From Dendrobates tinctorius (taxonomy: Eukaryota), in NCBI RefSeq assembly GCF_039654945.1, contig NW_027361813.1, forward strand, positions 1,488,001 through 1,552,000: a stretch of DNA of 64,000 nt. The letters are read 5' to 3'. The notes below the pieces were generated by a model. That model searched no databases and was not told the DNA's origin. It was given only the letters and a program-made list of their open reading frames with translations. Made by a program: the position numbers and the translations under genes. Below, one piece after another: positions 1 to 11,109 of the stretch (position 1 is its first letter; each line of letters begins with the position of its first letter).

Positions 1-1286
1 GGGCCCGGCGCACAGAAGGGCCCGGCTCACGGCGCACAGAAGGGCCCGGCTCACGGCACACAGAAGGGCCCGGCTCACGGCGCACAGAAGGGCCCGGCTC
101 ACGGCGCACAGAAGGGCCCAGCTCACGGCGCACAGAAGGGCCCGGCTCACGGCGCACAGAAGGGCCCGGCTCACGGCGCACAGAAGGGCCCGGCTCACGG
201 CGCACAGAAGGGCCCGGCTCACGGCGCACAGAAGGGCCCGGCTCACGGCGCACAGAAGGGCCCGGCTCACGGCGCACAGAAGGGCCCGGCTCACGGCGCA
301 CAGAAGGGCCCGGCTCACGGCGCACAGAAGGGCCCGGCTGACGGCGCACAGAAGGGCCCGGCTGACGGCGCACAGAAGGGCCCGGCTGACGGCGCACAGA
401 AGGGCCCGGCTGACGGCGCACAGAAGGGCCCGGCTGACGGCGCACAGAAGGGCCCGGCTGACGGCGCACAGAAGGGCCCGGCTGACGGCGCACAGAAGGG
501 CCCGGCTGACGGCGCACAGAAGGGCCCGGCTGACGGCGCACAGAAGGGCCCGGCTGACGGCGCACAGAAGGGCCCGGCTGACGGCGCACAGAAGGGCCCG
601 GCTGACGGCTCACAGAAGGGCCCGGCTGACGGCTCACAGAAGGGCCCGGCTGACGGCTCACAGAAGGGCCCGGCTGACGGCTCACAGAGGGGCCCGGCTG
701 ACGGCTCACAGAGGGGCCCGGCTGACGGCTCACAGAGGGGCCCGGCTGACGGCTCACAGTGCACAGAAGGGCCCGGCTCACGGCGCACAGAAGGGCCCGG
801 CTCACGGCGCACAGAAGGGCCCGGCTCACGGCGCACAGAAGGGCCCGGCTCACGGCGCACAGAAGGGCCCGGCTCACGGCGCACAGAAGGGCCCGGCTCA
901 CGGCGCACAGAAGGGCCCGGCTCACGGCGCACAGAAGGGCCCGGCTCACGGCGCACAGAAGGGCCCGGCGCACAGAAGGGCCCGGCTCACAGAAGGGCCC
1001 GGCTCACGGCGCACAGAAGGGCCCGGCTCACGGCACACAGAAGGGCCCGGCTCACGGCACACAGAAGGGCCCGGCTCACGGCACACAGAAGGGCCCGGCT
1101 CACGGCACACAGAAGGGCCCGGCTCACGGCACACAGAAGGGCCCGGCTCACGGCACACAGAAGGGCCCGGCTCACGGCACACAGAAGGGCCCGGCTCACG
1201 GCACACAGAAGGGCCCGGCTCACGGCACACAGAAGGGCCCGGCTCACGGCACACAGAAGGGCCCGGCTCACGGCACACAGAAGGGC
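1..1286. repeat. 24-bp minisatellite (GGGCCCGGCTCACGGCGCACAGAA)n, truncated by the window start; degenerate copies resume at ~2975-3070
   Basis: Direct tandem periodicity of 24 nt, with blocks of variant units (CTCAC/CTGAC, GCGCA/GCACA/GCTCA). Confidence 0.97.
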
Positions 1287-2957
1287 TGTCATGCTCGCGC
1301 CTAGGCTGATTGGCGCGAGCCGGGGGGTTGTGGCCCCACTGTGTCACAAACCAGACTACCCTGGAAGGGGCGTGACTACAACAGCTACCTCGGTCTTCAC
1401 TGGAGCCTCTGATAGTGAGGTCAGGCTTGTGTGGCAGGTAGCTGCCGGGTGCCACTCCAGGGTGGTGTCTGACTGTGACTGCTGATCCCACTCGGGGACA
1501 AGGCACTTGGACAGGTGCTACAGGCAGGCGGGCACGGTTGGTACCCAGGCAGGCACGGCTGAGACACAGGGCAGGCAGGTGAGGTGTACGAAGAGACAGG
1601 TAGGGACCTGTTCACACAGCAGGAGCGGGTACTGGCTGGAAGGAATGGAATATGGAGGAACAGGTAGGGTCCTGTTCACACAGGAGGTGCAGGGTATGGG
1701 TACTGATAGGAGGGAGTGGAATATGATGGGACAGGTTTGGACCTGTTTACACAGGAGGAGCAGGTACGGATACAGCCAGGAGTGCGGAGTAGGCGGAGCC
1801 GCAGGAGTGCGGAGTAGGCGGAGCCGCAGGAGTGCGGAGTAGGCGGAGCCGCAGGAGTGCGGAGTAGGCGGAGCCGCAGGAGTGCGGAGTAGGCGGAGCC
1901 GCAGGAGTGCGGAGTAGGCGGAGCCGCAGGAGTGCGGAGTAGGCGGAGCCGCAGGAGTGCGGAGTAGGCAGAGCCGCAGGAGTGCGGAGTAGGCAGAGCC
2001 GCAGGAGTGCGGAGTAGGCAGAGCCGCAGGAGTGCGGAGTAGGCAGAGCCGCAGGAGTGCGGAGTAGGCAGAGCCACAGGAGTGCGGAGTAGGCAGAGCC
2101 ACAGGAGTGCGGAGTAGGCAGAGCCGCAGGAGTGCGGAGCTGCAACAAGAGGTTCTGCAGCAGGAGCGGAGCAAAGCTGAACCACAAGGTCTGTGAAGAG
2201 AAGCTGCAGCAAGAGGTTCTGCAGCAGCAGGAGCGGAGCAAAGCTGAACAACAAGGTCAGTGAAGAGAAGCTGCAGCAAGAGGTTCTGCAGCAGTAGAAG
2301 CGGAGCACAGGCAGAAGAGAGCGGAACCACTAGAGTACGGAGCACAAGCAGATAGGGAGGACACCTGGAAAGACACAGCAGGGAAAGGAACCACAGACAA
2401 GGAGGCAGGGGTAGGACAGAGTTCAGACAAGGCAAAGGAGTGAGACAAGGTAGAGGACTAAGGAGACAGATACAAAGCAAGGCTGGACCAGACAAGACAA
2501 GGAGTAATGGCACTGGGACCAGGATATTCTGACTCCTGGAGGGCGGACAGAGAAGTACTAGGCTAAGTACAGAGACAGGGCTAGGACAAAGCACAGAGAC
2601 CAGGATATTCAGCCTCCTGGAGGGAATACAGAGTACCAAGCAAGGCAAGGGGAAAAACCTCCAGAGAAGGAGATACACAGGAGAGGACCTGGCAGGCTCA
2701 GTAGCAAGATACTGAGTTTAGACATTGCTCAGGCTCCAAGGTTCAGCAGGTGGGGCAGCCTTAAATAGTAGAGGGCTCTAGGTAATTGGTCAGGGACACA
2801 TTAGCCAGGTGCACCCTGACTCAGGAAAAATGAACATAGCAGACAGAGGAGACAAGGAGCTGGCAGTAAACAGAAATCACAGCATGGCCTGGAGCAGTGA
2901 GCAAGATGGTGAGTGGGGAATGGGAGGCCATGCAGTGATGCCAGCAGAGTTGTTACA
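1287..2957 (-). mobile_element. Solo LTR (Gypsy-like) inserted into the 24-bp minisatellite
   Basis: Termini TGTCATG...TGTTACA (TG..CA). Flanks AGGGC and GGGGC form a 5-bp near-TSD. The host repeat resumes after 2957. No coding content. Strand is inferred only from a TATA-like CTATTTAAGG on the minus strand at ~2759-2768. Confidence 0.7.
1775..2140. repeat. 25-bp minisatellite (GCAGGAGTGCGGAGTAGGCGGAGCC)n inside the solo LTR
   Basis: About 14 tandem copies visible. Confidence 0.95.
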
Positions 2958-3522
2958 GGGGCTTGGCCTACTACGCACAGAGGGGCCCGGCTCACGGCGC
3001 ACAGAGGGGCCCGGCTCACGATGCACAGAGGGGCCTGGCGCACAGAGGGGCCCAACTCACGGCACACAGAGTGCAGAGAAAAGCAGTCACAGAAAAATAC
3101 AAGGGGCACAAGTACTGGGCATCAGAGTGGGCACCAAGAGTCATTATGAAAAAGATAACAAGTGCAGCTCTGACTTCACCCTGCAGACACAGATGCCTCA
3201 CGTCACAAGCAGCTGACTGCCCCGCACGGTGCGCCCATTGTGAGTGTGGAGGAGCCGGCGTGAGCAGCGGAGGAGAGTACAATGAAGGATAAAGGGAACG
3301 TTCCAGCTCCTTAAAAATCTTTAAACTTTATTGATCCATGTTAGTAAACAGTAGAGCGGTGCAGGCTCCAACACCAGGGTGAATCCGAGGGGTGATCTGA
3401 AGCCAGAACTTGATGACAGCTTGATCCCTGCTGGCACTGCGGGTGATGTATGGTGCCGGAGCCGATCACAGCGATTGCTGAGAGTCAGCGGACGTCGTTC
3501 CAGGTCCTCAATAATGAAATCC

Positions 3523-3689
3523 CTGCGGTCACACCAGCACTCCGGTCTGTGATGACGGGCCCGGCGGATTCCCAGTGTGGTTCTGAGCCGCGTCTTACAG
3601 AACATGTAGGGGACGTACTGACCCTAAGAACCACACTGGGAATCTGCCGGGCCCGTCATCACAGACCGGGGTGCTGGTGTGACCGCGGG
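3523..3689. repeat. Near-perfect inverted repeat (~62-bp arms, ~43-nt loop)
   Basis: GCGGTCACACCAGCACTCCGGTCTGTGATGACGGGCCCGGCGGATTCCCAGTGTGGTTCT matches its reverse complement at ~3627-3687 with few mismatches. Confidence 0.9.
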
Positions 3690-3929
3690 GCAGACGGCCG
3701 CTCCTCACCGCCAAGCTTCTGGATTTACCACCGGAACACCAGGGCACCTAATGGACTCAACAAGCAGAACGTAATCTCCTGTCACTACTGAAGCCACAGC
3801 AATGTTTGGGAGTTATTGATTTTATTCTGTTTTTTTTTCCCATGAATTTTCTGCGGATTTTTCCGGAGCATCCTCCACAGCGTCTCTAGACCCTGTCACA
3901 TGTGCTGTGTGTGAACCTGCCGCCTGCAG

Positions 3930-6900
3930 CATCCTTCAGCATGACCGGTTTGGCAGTGGGTGAGTAATAGTGTGGGGTGGCATTTCTTTGGAGGGCCGCA
4001 CAGCCCTCCATGTGCTCGCCAGAGGTAGCCTGACTGCCATTAGGTACGGGGATGAGATCCTCAGACCCCTTGTGAGACCATATGCTGGTGCAGTTGGCCC
4101 TGGGTTCCACCTAATGCAGGACAACACCAGACCTTATGTGGCTGCAGTGTGTCAGCAGTTCCTGCAAGATGAAGGCATTGAAGCTATGGACTGGCCCGTC
4201 CGTTCCCCAGACCTGAAGCCGATTGAGCACATCTGGGACATCATGTCTCGCTCCATCCACCAACATCACATTGCACCACAGACTGTCCAGGAGTTGGCGG
4301 ATGCTTTAGTCCACGTCTGGGAGGCCACACACACTACCGAGAGGCACGTGGGGGCCACACACACACACACACTACTGAGAGGCACGTGGGGGCCACACAC
4401 ACTACCGAGGGGCACGTGGAGGCCACACACACACTACCGAGAGGCACGTGGGGGCCACACACACACACACTACCGAGGGGCACGTGGAGGCCACACACAC
4501 ACTACCGAGAGGCACGTGGAGGCCACACACACACTACCGAGAGGCACGTGGGGGCCACACACACACTACCGAGAGGCACGTGGGGGCCACACACACACTA
4601 CCGAGAGGCACGTGGGGGCCACACACACACTACCGAGAGGCACGTGGGGGCCACACACACACTACCGAGAGGCACGTGGGGGCCACACACACAACACCGA
4701 GAGGCACGTGGGGGCCACACACACAACACCGAGAGGCACGTGGGGGCCACACACACAACACCGAGAGGCACGTGGGGGCCACACACACAACACCGAGAGG
4801 CACGTGGGGGCCACACACACAACACCGAGAGGCACGTGGGGGCCACACACACAACACCGAGAGGCACGTGGGGGCCACACACACAACACCGAGAGGCACG
4901 TGGGGGCCACACACACAACACCGAGAGGCACGTGGGGGCCACACACACACACAATACTGAGAGGCACGTGGGGGCCACACACACACACAATACTGAGAGG
5001 CACGTGGGGGCCACACACACACACACAATACTGAAAGGCACGTGGGGGCCACACACACACACACAATACTGAGAGGCACGTGGGGGCCACACACACACAC
5101 AATACTGAGAGGCACGTGGGGGCCACACACACAATACTGAGAGGCACGTGGGGGCCACACACACAATACTGAGAGGCACGTGGGGGCCACACACACAATA
5201 CTGAGAGGCACGTGGGGGCCACACACACAATACTGAGAGGCACGTGGGGGCCACACACACAATACTGAGAGGCACGTGGGGGCCACACACACAATACTGA
5301 GAGGCACGTGGGGGCCACACACACAATACTGAGAGGCACGTGGGGGCCACACACACAATACTGAGAGGCACGTGGGGGCCACACACACACACAATACTGA
5401 GAGGCACGTGGGGGCCACACACACAACACCGAGAGGCACGTGGGGGCCACACACACAACACCGAGAGGCACGTGGGGGCCACACACACAACACCGAGAGG
5501 CACGTGGGGGCCACACACACAACACCGAGAGGCACGTGGGGGCCACACACACAACACCGAGAGGCACGTGGGGGCCACACACACAACACCGAGAGGCACG
5601 TGGGGGCCACACACACAACACCGAGAGGCACGTGGGGGCCACACACACAACACCGAGAGGCACGTGGGGGCCACACACACACACAATACTGAGAGGCACG
5701 TGGGGGCCACACACACACACAATACTGAGAGGCACGTGGGGGCCACACACACACACACAATACTGAAAGGCACGTGGGGGCCACACACACACACACAATA
5801 CTGAGAGGCACGTGGGGGCCACACACACACACAATACTGAGAGGCACGTGGGGGCCACACACACAATACTGAGAGGCACGTGGGGGCCACACACACAATA
5901 CTGAGAGGCACGTGGGGGCCACACACACAATACTGAGAGGCACGTGGGGGCCACACACACAATACTGAGAGGCACGTGGGGGCCACACACACAATACTGA
6001 GAGGCACGTGGGGGCCACACACACAATACTGAGAGGCACGTGGGGGCCACACACACAATACTGAGAGGCACGTGGGGGCCACACACACACACAATACTGA
6101 GAGGCACGTGGGGGCCACACACACACACACAATACTGAAAGGCACGTGGGGGCCACACACACACACACAATACTGAGAGGCACGTGGGGGCCACACACAC
6201 ACACAATACTGAGAGGCACGTGGGGGCCACACACACAATACTGAGAGGCACGTGGGGGCCACACACACAATACTGAGAGGCACGTGGGGGCCACACACAC
6301 AATACTGAGAGGCACGTGGGGGCCACACACACAATACTGAGAGGCACGTGGGGGCCACACACACAATACTGAGAGGCACGTGGGGGCCACACACACAATA
6401 CTGAGAGGCACGTGGGGGCCACACACACAATACTGAGAGGCACGTGGGGGCCACACACACAATACTGAGAGGCACGTGGGGGCCACACACACAATACTGA
6501 GAGGCACGTGGGGGCCACACACACAATACTGAGAGGCACGTGGGGGCCACACACACAATACTGAGAGGCACGTGGGGGCCACACACACAATACTGAGAGG
6601 CACGTGGGGGCCACACACACAATACTGAGAGGCACGTGGGGGCCACACACACAATACTGAGAGGCACGTGGGGGCCACACACACACAATACTGAGAGGCA
6701 CGTGGGGGCCACACACACAATACTGAGAGGCACGTGGGGGCCACACACACAATACTGAGAGGCACGTGGGGGCCACACACACAATACTGAGAGGCACGTG
6801 GGGGCCACACACACAATACTGAGAGGCACGTGGGGGCCACACACACAATACTGAGAGGCACGTGGGGGCCACACACACAATACTGAGAGGCACGTGGGGG

Positions 6901-7670
6901 CCACACACACAATACTGAGAGGCACGTGGAGGCCACACACAATACTGAGAGGCACGTGGAGGCCACACACAATACTGAGAGGCACGTGGAGGCCACACAC
7001 AATACTGAGAGGCACGTGGAGGCCACACACAATACTGAGAGGCACGTGGAGGCCACACACAATACTGAGAGGCACGTGGAGGCCACACACAATACTGAGA
7101 GGCACGTGGAGGCCACACACAATACTGAGAGGCACGTGGAGGCCACACACAATACTGAGAGGCACGTGGAGGCCACACACAATACTGAGAGGCACGTGGA
7201 GGCCACACACAATACTGAGAGGCACGTGGAGGCCACACACAATACTGAGAGGCACGTGGAGGCCACACACAATACTGAGAGGCACGTGGAGGCCACACAC
7301 AATACTGAGAGGCACGTGGAGGCCACACACAATACTGAGAGGCACGTGGAGGCCACACACACTACTGAGAGGCACGTGGCGGCCACACACACTACTGAGA
7401 GGCACGTGGCGGCCACACACACTACTGAGAGGCACGTGGCGGCCACACACAATACTGAGCATCATTTTGACTTGTTTCCACTTTCATTTTGGGGGTCTCT
7501 CCAAAACCGGGCTTCCATTGGTTCAAAAATTTGTTTTCCATTGATTATTTTTGTGTGATTTTGTTGTCAGCACATTCAACTTTGTACTGAACAAAGTAAT
7601 CAATGAGAATATTTCATTCATTCAGATCTAGGATGTGTTATTGGAGTGTTCCCTTTATTTTTTTGAGCTG
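3930..7670 (+). mobile_element. Tc1-like transposon relic: 3' half of the DDE transposase plus the right end, split by a minisatellite
   Basis: The ORF at 3970 reads WGGIS...MQDNTRP...WPVRSPDLKPIEHIWD (Tc1 DD34E catalytic region). The element's 3' end resumes at ~7460 and finishes ...TTTTTTGAGCTG|TA. Confidence 0.9.
4322..7459. repeat. 30-38-bp minisatellite GAGAGGCACGTGG(G/A)GGC(CA)nATACT, derived from the Tc1 transposase C-terminus
   Basis: Unit length varies with an internal (CA)n tract. The unit translates as ARGGHTHY/stop, the end of this transposase type. Confidence 0.95.
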
Positions 7671-7744
7671 TATATATACAGTATACATATATATATATAT
7701 ATAAATACACACATATCTATGTGTCATCCAGATACCCTCACTAA

Positions 7745-9398
7745 TAAAATGGTACATAAAGAGTTAAATAAAAGGTGCTCGCACACACAAAATCTGCATC
7801 AAACACAATATCTGTTTATGTTACGAAAAAAAACGTAAAAAAAATTGTGTGGGCTCCCACATAATTCTCATAACCAGCAGAGGGAAAGTCGACGGCTGAG
7901 GTTTATATTCTGGGAAGGAGCCAATAGCCATAATATCAGCGCACAGATATTTGCTTAGCCTTTACTGGCTAGTTTACAGGGGTCCCCGTATAAAATCAAA
8001 CCAGCAAAGGCTAGGCAGACAGCTGCGGGCTGATATTAATAGCCTGGGAAGGGGCCATGGATATTCACACCCCCAAGGCTAAAAACATCAGCTCTCAGTC
8101 ACCCCAGAAACGGCGCATTATAGATACACCTATTCTGGCACTTAGCCTCACTCTTGCCCTGCAGTGATGGCAAGTGGGGTAATATTTGTGGGGTTGATGT
8201 CACCTTTGTATTGTCTGGTGATATCAAGCCCACGGCTTAGTAATGGTATGGTGTCTATAAGCAGCTATCCATTACTAATCCTATAGTTATATGGTAAATA
8301 AAGACACAGAATAAGGTCCTTTATTAATCTTAAATAAACCATACTTACTGAACACCTAGTCCCCGCCGCCCTCATCTCCTGCAAAAAAAAAACAAACAAA
8401 AAAAACCAACATATAATACTCCCTGGTCCGCCGTAGTCCTAGATAACGAGTGTCCCACGACGATCTCACTTGTGTAACAGTCACATCGGGAGATGTGACC
8501 ACTCTACCTGGCCTCCGGTGATACACTGACAGGAGGTGAGGTTCATCACTCCGGTGCTCTCACTTTACAGCACCGCTGCGGAGCCGCAAGTGACAGCACG
8601 AACTCCAGTGACCTCTGACGGCAGCACAGTGATACACTGCGGGAGGATCACCTACTGTCACTGTATCACCGGAGGCAGGGTAGAGCGGTCTCATCTCCCG
8701 ATGTGACTGTTTTACACGTGAGATCGTCGTGGGACACTCGTTATTAAATGGACTATGGTGGAAAGGTGAGTATATGTTGGTTTATTACTTTATTTTTGTT
8801 ACAGTAGATCGAGGGTGTCGGGGACTAGGTGTTTGGTGAGTATAAATGTGTTTTTTTTGTTTTACAGTTGAACACTGTCGCCGGATGATGGGACTACTAC
8901 TGTCCCATCATCAGCTCACGCTGTCACTGTTATATGTGACAGCAGACATAGCCGGATGGGAGTAGTAGTCCCATCAGACAATGCCTGGCTACACACAGAC
9001 ACCTGTAGACAGACATCTGCGCACACACCAGTAGACAGACACAGACACCCGCAGACAGACATCCGCACATTCTCCGCTCACACACTCTTCCTCCTCCCGA
9101 TCTGCAGTGTTCCTGGCAGCACATCTGCAGACCTTTTTACATTTGTGGTTTTGCTGCGGATGTGCCTGACTCAATGGAAGTCAATGGGAGGAGAAACGCT
9201 GCGGATCCGCACAAAGAATTGACATGCTGCGGGAAAGAAACGCTGCAAAGAAAGGCGAAAATTTCCGCAGCGTGTGCACACCAATTCAGGAATGTCATTG
9301 ATTAACATTACTTGAGCTCCCCTTTGTGGGTTTGGTCCAAATCCGCGCAGGAAAAACGCTGCAGATCCGCAACAAATCCGCAACGTGTGCACAAAGCC
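7745..9398. mobile_element. Non-autonomous DNA transposon sequence with long internal palindromes
   Basis: Inverted arms at ~8340-8540 versus ~8648-8842 and ~8880-8930 versus ~8935-8980. TGCGGA/TCCGCA subterminal repeats at 9150-9390. Boundaries are approximate. Confidence 0.55.
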
Positions 9399-9519
9399 CA
9401 AGGGGGCTGGGACGTTCACCTCATCCTTCACTGCACCTCGTCCCATCACGACGGCGATCCGTGCACCTGCGGATTCAGCTGGCGAGAGGCCAGAGGTTTC
9501 TAACCACGCTACTCTTATA

Positions 9520-10662
9520 TCCTCCTCACTCACACTGGGCTCTTCCTCCTCCGCACTCACACCGGGCTCTTCCTCCTCCTCCGCACTCTCACCGGGCTCC
9601 TCCTCCTCCGCACTCACACCGGGCTCTTCCTCCTCCTCCGCACTCACACCGGGCTCCTCCTCCGCACTCACACCGGGCTCTTCCTCCTCCTTCTCAGCAC
9701 TCACACCGGGCTCTTCCTCCTCCTCCGCACTCTCACCGGGCTCCTCCTCCTCCTCCGCACTCTCACCGGGCTCTTCCTCCTCCTCCGCACTCTCACCGGA
9801 CTCCTCCGCACTCACACCGGGCTCCTCCTCCGCACTCTCACCGGGCTCTTCCTCCTCCTCCGCACTCTCACCGGGCTTTTCCTCCTCCTCCGCACTCTCT
9901 CCGGACTCCTCCTCCTCCACACTCTCACCGGGCTCTTCCTCCTCCTCCGCACTCTCACCGGGCTCTTCCTCCTCCTCCGCACTCTCACCGGGCTCTTCCT
10001 CCTCCTCCGCACTCTCTCCTCCTCCGCACTCTCACCGGGCTCTTCCTCCTCCTCCGCACTCTCACCGGGCTCTTCCTCCTCCTCCGCACTCTCACCGGGC
10101 TCTTCCTCCTCCTCCGCACTCTCTCCTCCTCCGCATTCTCTCCTCCTCCGCACTCTCTCCGGACTCCTCCTCCTCCACACTCTCACCGGGCTCTTCCTCC
10201 TCCTCCGCACTCTCACCGGGCTCTTCCTCCTCCTCCGCACTCTCTCCTCCTCCGCACTCTCACCGGGCTCTTCCTCCTCCTCCGCACTCTCACCGGGCTC
10301 TTCCTCCTCCTCCGCACTCTCACCGGGCTCTTCCTCCTCCTCCGCACTCTCTCCTCCTCCGCATTCTCTCCTCCTCCGCACTCTCTCCGGACTCCTCCTC
10401 CTCCACACTCTCACCGGGCTCTTCCTCCTCCTCCGCACTCTCACCGGGCTCTTCCTCCTCCTCCGCACTCTGCTCCGCACTCTCCTCCTCCTCCACACTC
10501 TCCTCCTCCTCCGCACTCTCCTCCTCCTCCTCCGCACTCTCCTCCTCCTCCGCACTCTCCTCCACCGCACTCTCCTCCTCCTCCTCCGCACTCTCCTCCT
10601 CCTCCACCGCACTCTCCTCCTCCTCCTCCGCACTCTCCTCCTCCTCCTCCTCCTCCGCACTC
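9520..10662. repeat. C/T-rich ~30-bp minisatellite (CCGCACTCTCACCGGGCTCTTCCTCCTCCT)n with variable (CCT)n
   Basis: Tandem periodicity. Length variants are mostly multiples of 3, which explains the spurious Glu-, Ser- and Pro-rich ORFs. Confidence 0.95.
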
Positions 10663-10699
10663 GATTTTGTTACAAACTTGGATAAAAAACCTCAACGTC

Positions 10700-11080
10700 C
10701 TTCTCGTCGCAGTGAGAACCCGTGGTTCACCGGAGCTCCACACCCCGCTGGCACTGACCGGTACACGAGGAGCCGCCTTCTCCGGTAACGACGGGAACTC
10801 TCGTCTCGTGACGTCATTGTACAGCCCGGCCGTTCGGTGCCGCGATCGCGGAGGTCTCAGCATCCCACTCAGGCACTTCCGGTACTAACTCCGCCCATCC
10901 GGCTAACACCACGTGACACGTTGCGCGATTTCCCTAGAAACACCCACTTGCCTAGAAGACGTCACATCCGGGTCTCAGTACACGCTCCACCAATCATCGC
11001 ACAGGTGATATCAGAAAACAACAGAAAACAATCGCCGATTCACAGACAGAGAGCGAGAGGTAAGAGAGCGTCACGTGACC
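10700..11080. promoter_or_regulatory. CpG-rich promoter of RUSF1, probably bidirectional; probable non-coding exon 1 ends at 11059 (GAG|GTAAGA)
   Basis: High CpG density. CRE TGACGTCA at 10809-10816, ETS ACTTCCGGT at 10875-10883, E-boxes CACGTGAC at 10910-10917 and GTCACGTGAC at 11070-11079, CCAAT at ~10990. Plus-strand donor at 11060; minus-strand donor CCG|GTCAGT at 10758. Confidence 0.75.
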
Positions 11081-11109
11081 GCGAGTCTCACAGCACCGAC
11101 CCCCCCGTG

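Noticed and set aside
3549-3586. Box C/D snoRNA-like GTGATGA...CTGA
   Set aside because: The boxes are only ~30 nt apart, with no terminal stem or C'/D' boxes, and they sit within an inverted-repeat arm.
4598-7558. Cys/Val-rich ~900-aa minus-strand ORFs and His/Thr-rich plus-strand ORFs
   Set aside because: Artefacts of the Tc1-derived minisatellite.
9171-10888. Glu-rich, Ser-rich and extensin-like Pro-rich ORFs
   Set aside because: They are the same 30-bp/(CCT)n repeat read in different frames. The acidic frame is broken, starts are non-ATG, and the ORF runs into transposon sequence.
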